A DNA stretch of 64,000 nucleotides from Scyliorhinus canicula (lineage: Eukaryota), in contig NC_052176.1 in NCBI RefSeq assembly GCF_902713615.1, positions 248,001-312,000 on the forward strand, given 5' to 3'. Below, piece by piece: positions 60,657-64,000 of the stretch. A program made the position numbers and the translations under genes. The notes under the pieces were generated by a model. That model had not been told where the DNA came from. It ran no database searches and saw nothing but the letters and a program-made list of their open reading frames with translations. Within the stretch, counting starts at the first letter, position 1. The number at the start of each line of letters is the position of its first letter.

Positions 60657-63483
60657 TTCGCAGGAGTTGCTGCAGGAGATGAAGGCTTTTATCAGCGGGA
60701 TTGACCCTGTCCGCGGGCACAAGCTGACAGTGAAAGACCACGCTCGGTGCGGGATCCTCCTGCTGCGGAATCTGCCACCGGCCCGGGGGGCTGTCCTGGA
60801 GTACTTGCGAGGGGTCTTCGACGAGTATGTTAGCTGCTACATCCTGGACCTTAACCACGAGGGTGGGATGGGCAGCGGGCGAGGGCCTGTCCTGGGGCGG
60901 CCGGGTCTGGACGATGTCACCCAGGAGATCCAGACTGTCCTGTCCGAGTTTGTCCACTCTAATCCCCGGGCCTGGGCCCCCCTGGTGTCGGCCTGGTCCA
61001 TCGACCTGATGGGCCAGCTCAGCAGTAAATACTCCGGGCGGCACCAGGTGCCTCACGCTAGCAGCCTGAATGAGCTGCTGCAGCTGTGGATGTCCTGCAA
61101 GGCTACCCGGGTCCTGATGGACATTTACATGCAGTGCCTGTCCTCGATGATCAGCAGCTGCCCCGACGCCTGCGTTGACGCTCTGCTCGACACCTCCGTC
61201 CAGCATTCGCCCCACTTTGACTGGGTGGTGGCCCACATCGGCTCCTCCTTCCCCAACACCATCATCAGCCGCGTCCTCTCCTGCGGCCTGAAGGATTTCT
61301 GCATGCACGGGGCCTCCTCCGTCGTGGACCCGCTCTTCCCCACCTTGGCCGACAAGCGAGTCCCCAAGATGGCCTCTGTGGTGGGCATCCTGGGTCACCT
61401 GGCCACCCGGCACTCTGCCAGCATCAAGCAGGAGCTGCTGCTGATGTTCCACGAGAGCCTGGGCTCAGGCCGGGACGCCCAGCAGCTGGCCACCGTGCCC
61501 TTCCTCCTGCAGCTGGCTGCCATGTCGCCCATGCTGCTCAGCACCGTCTCCGGGGAGCTCATCGATTCGCTCAAGCCCCCCGTCCTGGACCAGCTCCACC
61601 AGCACTTCACGGGCCTGGGCCGCGACGACGCGGAGAACCTGGTGGGCCTGGTGGTCCACCTGATCTGCCAGACCGGCCCCGGGGCGTACCGCATCCTCCA
61701 GTTCCTGGTCAACACCGCCATGCCCGCCTCGGTCATCACCACCCCGGGGCTGGCCGTGAGGGAGAGCGTGAGGGAGGCTTGCCACCGAATCATCCAGCTG
61801 CTCCTGCTCAACCTGCAGAAGCTGGTGTACAACCGGCCCTCGGCCAGCCTGTGCGAGCCCCAGCCCCGCCCCATCCCCTTCTTCGACGAGCTGAAGGGCA
61901 GAGTGAGGGACCTGTGCGTGGAGACTCTGAGGCTGGAGCGTAAGCGTCACCTGTGGCAGCACCAGCTGCTGGGCCTGCTCTCCGTCTACTGTGGGCAGAG
62001 CTGTGCCACCGAGGCTCTGTGCCACCTGCTGGCGTTTGCCTGCTCCCCCGAGGAGCTGGCGCTGCCTGTCCAGCTGTACGGGGGGCTGGCTGCCTCCATG
62101 CCCGGGCTCCTTCCGGCCACCGTCAGGCGCTGCGTGGCCCGGCTCCACTCGTCCAGCCTCCCCGAGATGCAGGCCGCCCGCCTGATGGTTAACCTGGCCA
62201 CCTTGGTGCAGTGGGAGGGGCCGGAGGAGGAGATGCCCTCCCCCATCGGCGCCCGCCTGGCCGACGCCCTCTCCTGGCACGTCCGCGACCTGGGCCAACT
62301 GCTGCCGCACTCCGACCCCCAGGTCTCGGAGGCCGCCGCCCTGCTCCTCTCGGCCGTCCCCTTGCCGCCGGCCCTCAGCCCGGCCCAGCTGGCCGGCCTG
62401 GTGCGTTCGGCGGTGGGGCAGTTCCTGCTGGCGCTGCGGCGTGGCCGGGTGGCGGCGGCTTCCGACTGCGGCCGCCTGCTGACCCGCCTGAGTGCCGTGT
62501 CGGCGGCCGCCCTGCGCGCCGTCCTCCAGCAGCTGGTCCGCTCGGCCACGCACTCCGGCAGCGCCGGGCTGTTCGGCGGGTGGGTGCAGGGCGCGGCGTG
62601 GGCGCCGGGAATCCCCCCCGCCTCCGCCAGCGGCGACGCCCTGCTCGACGTCAACCGCAAGTTTGGCACCGCCGTCAACTTCAGCGGCAGCATCTGGGCC
62701 GTGTTCCACGCCGGTGTGATCGGCCGGGGGCTGAAGCCGGCCTCCACCGTCACCGGCCCGGGGCCCCAGGAGGCGGCCCACAACCTGTACCAGCTGCTGA
62801 GCCTGGTGGTGAGGTGCGGCAGCGGCGGCCGCCCCCTGGCGGAGCCTGACCCCGGCCTCAGCCACCCCCCCATCAACCCCGAAGCGGCCAAGGCGGTCGC
62901 TGTGGCCCTGGTGGAGGGTCTGTGCCCCGACGTCACCAACAGCGAGCTGGCCTGGCCCCCCGAGGAACACGCCCGCAACACGGTGGAGCGGGACCTGCAG
63001 ATCCGTAACCGCTTTGAGGAGAACCCGTTGCTCTTCCCGCTGCTCCAGTTCGTGGCCCTGGGCCGGCCGGCTCTGTGTTACTGCTCCGTACTCCTCCGGG
63101 GTCTCCTGGCCACCCTCATGGCCCACTGGGAGGCCTCGCGCCACTCACTGACCGCCAGCTCCCCCTGGCAGCTCCAGGCCTCCTGCAGCCTGATCTCCTG
63201 CATGGGGCAGGGCCAGCTCCTGCCGCCTGTGCTCAGCAACATGCACGAAATCTTTCACCTGCTCACCCCCTTCGAGGTCCACCTGCTGCTGCTGACCGTC
63301 TGGGAGTACATGAAGGACAATGGCCCGCTGCCCCAGAAGTTCACCTTCGACCCCGAGCAGGGCCAGTTCTACCGGGACTTCGCGCGGGACGGCGATATCA
63401 GCAAGTACCTGAACGTCCTCCACAGCATCCTGCACAAGAACATCGGTCACCTGGGACACCTGTGTGGCCGTTTCCAGGTCTGA
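60657..63483 (+). CDS. INTS5: Integrator complex subunit 5, large exon 2
   Basis: Polypyrimidine tract then TTGCAG acceptor; [13 protein letters not shown]..., [15 protein letters not shown] and [14 protein letters not shown]; open to TGA at 63483. Confidence 0.96.
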
Positions 63484-64000
63484 CTGTGACGATCTGCCTC
63501 CTGCCTTTGCGTTCTGGACCTTTTCAACCATGTGGCTGTTAAAGACGTGACTGAAACTCAGCAGGACCCTTTCCAAATCTGATTGTCCCATCGCCAGAGC
63601 CCCTGAAATTGGTGGAGCTGACAGAGGGATGGTTGAAGGGGGCGCTGCCTGAACAATACGGGAGCAGCCACGCTCCCGGCTCCTGTGTCACCGTGACGTT
63701 CACAGCCTGAGGGGGGAAAGTGGGTTATTTGTGCCCGCTGTGCAAGTTACCAACATCACCGACTCGCCCGAAGATTCCAGGGTCAACACCAAAACACTGG
63801 ATGGGGCGCTGCTGCCGAACAGGATTGTGTAACGCGGGGGGGGGCCCCGATCACTTCCCAGAGACTCTTTCCCCACACTCAACGGCAGCAAAGGCCGGCT
63901 TGACCTTCGGTGTGTTCCCCCCCCCCTGCACACACGGTCGAATTACTCTTGTGGGTAATAAGAAGAGACTTGTGAATATTGTACTTTCTCTTTTGTAAAA

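Noticed and set aside
60556-63591. Long antisense or alternate-frame ORFs over INTS5 (and over CHRM1)
   Set aside because: Shadow ORFs expected from high GC3 codon usage.

Overview
Vertebrate genomic DNA, most likely from a shark or other elasmobranch, judging by the SINE/LINE repertoire (HE1/V-SINE-like SINEs, CR1, L1, L2, Rex1, a DeuSINE remnant). It is GC-rich and has three N gaps. Protein-coding genes: the last five coding exons of DPF2 (+, 9404-25169), a single-coding-exon muscarinic receptor CHRM1 (-, 39137-37584), and two-exon INTS5 (+, 58848-63483) with a CpG-island/ETS promoter and a probable GC-AG intron. These three genes are also regional neighbours on human 11q12-13. A decayed intronless NAP1-like copy with a long acidic C-terminal extension lies at about 32040-34367 (-). 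Roughly 45% of the window (about 29 kb by my count) is minisatellite, and almost all of the long repetitive ORFs in the track are artefacts of these arrays. Main observation: at least five minisatellite families trace to short segments of retroelements whose flanks are still attached (DeuSINE body, SINE tRNA head, CR1 ORF2 end, CR1 3' stem-loop, L2 ORF2 end). Four of the five units contain hairpins. The 33-bp family recurs at five separate sites in both orientations, and inverted array pairs nest around DPF2 exons. Family names come from recalled consensus sequences and need database confirmation.
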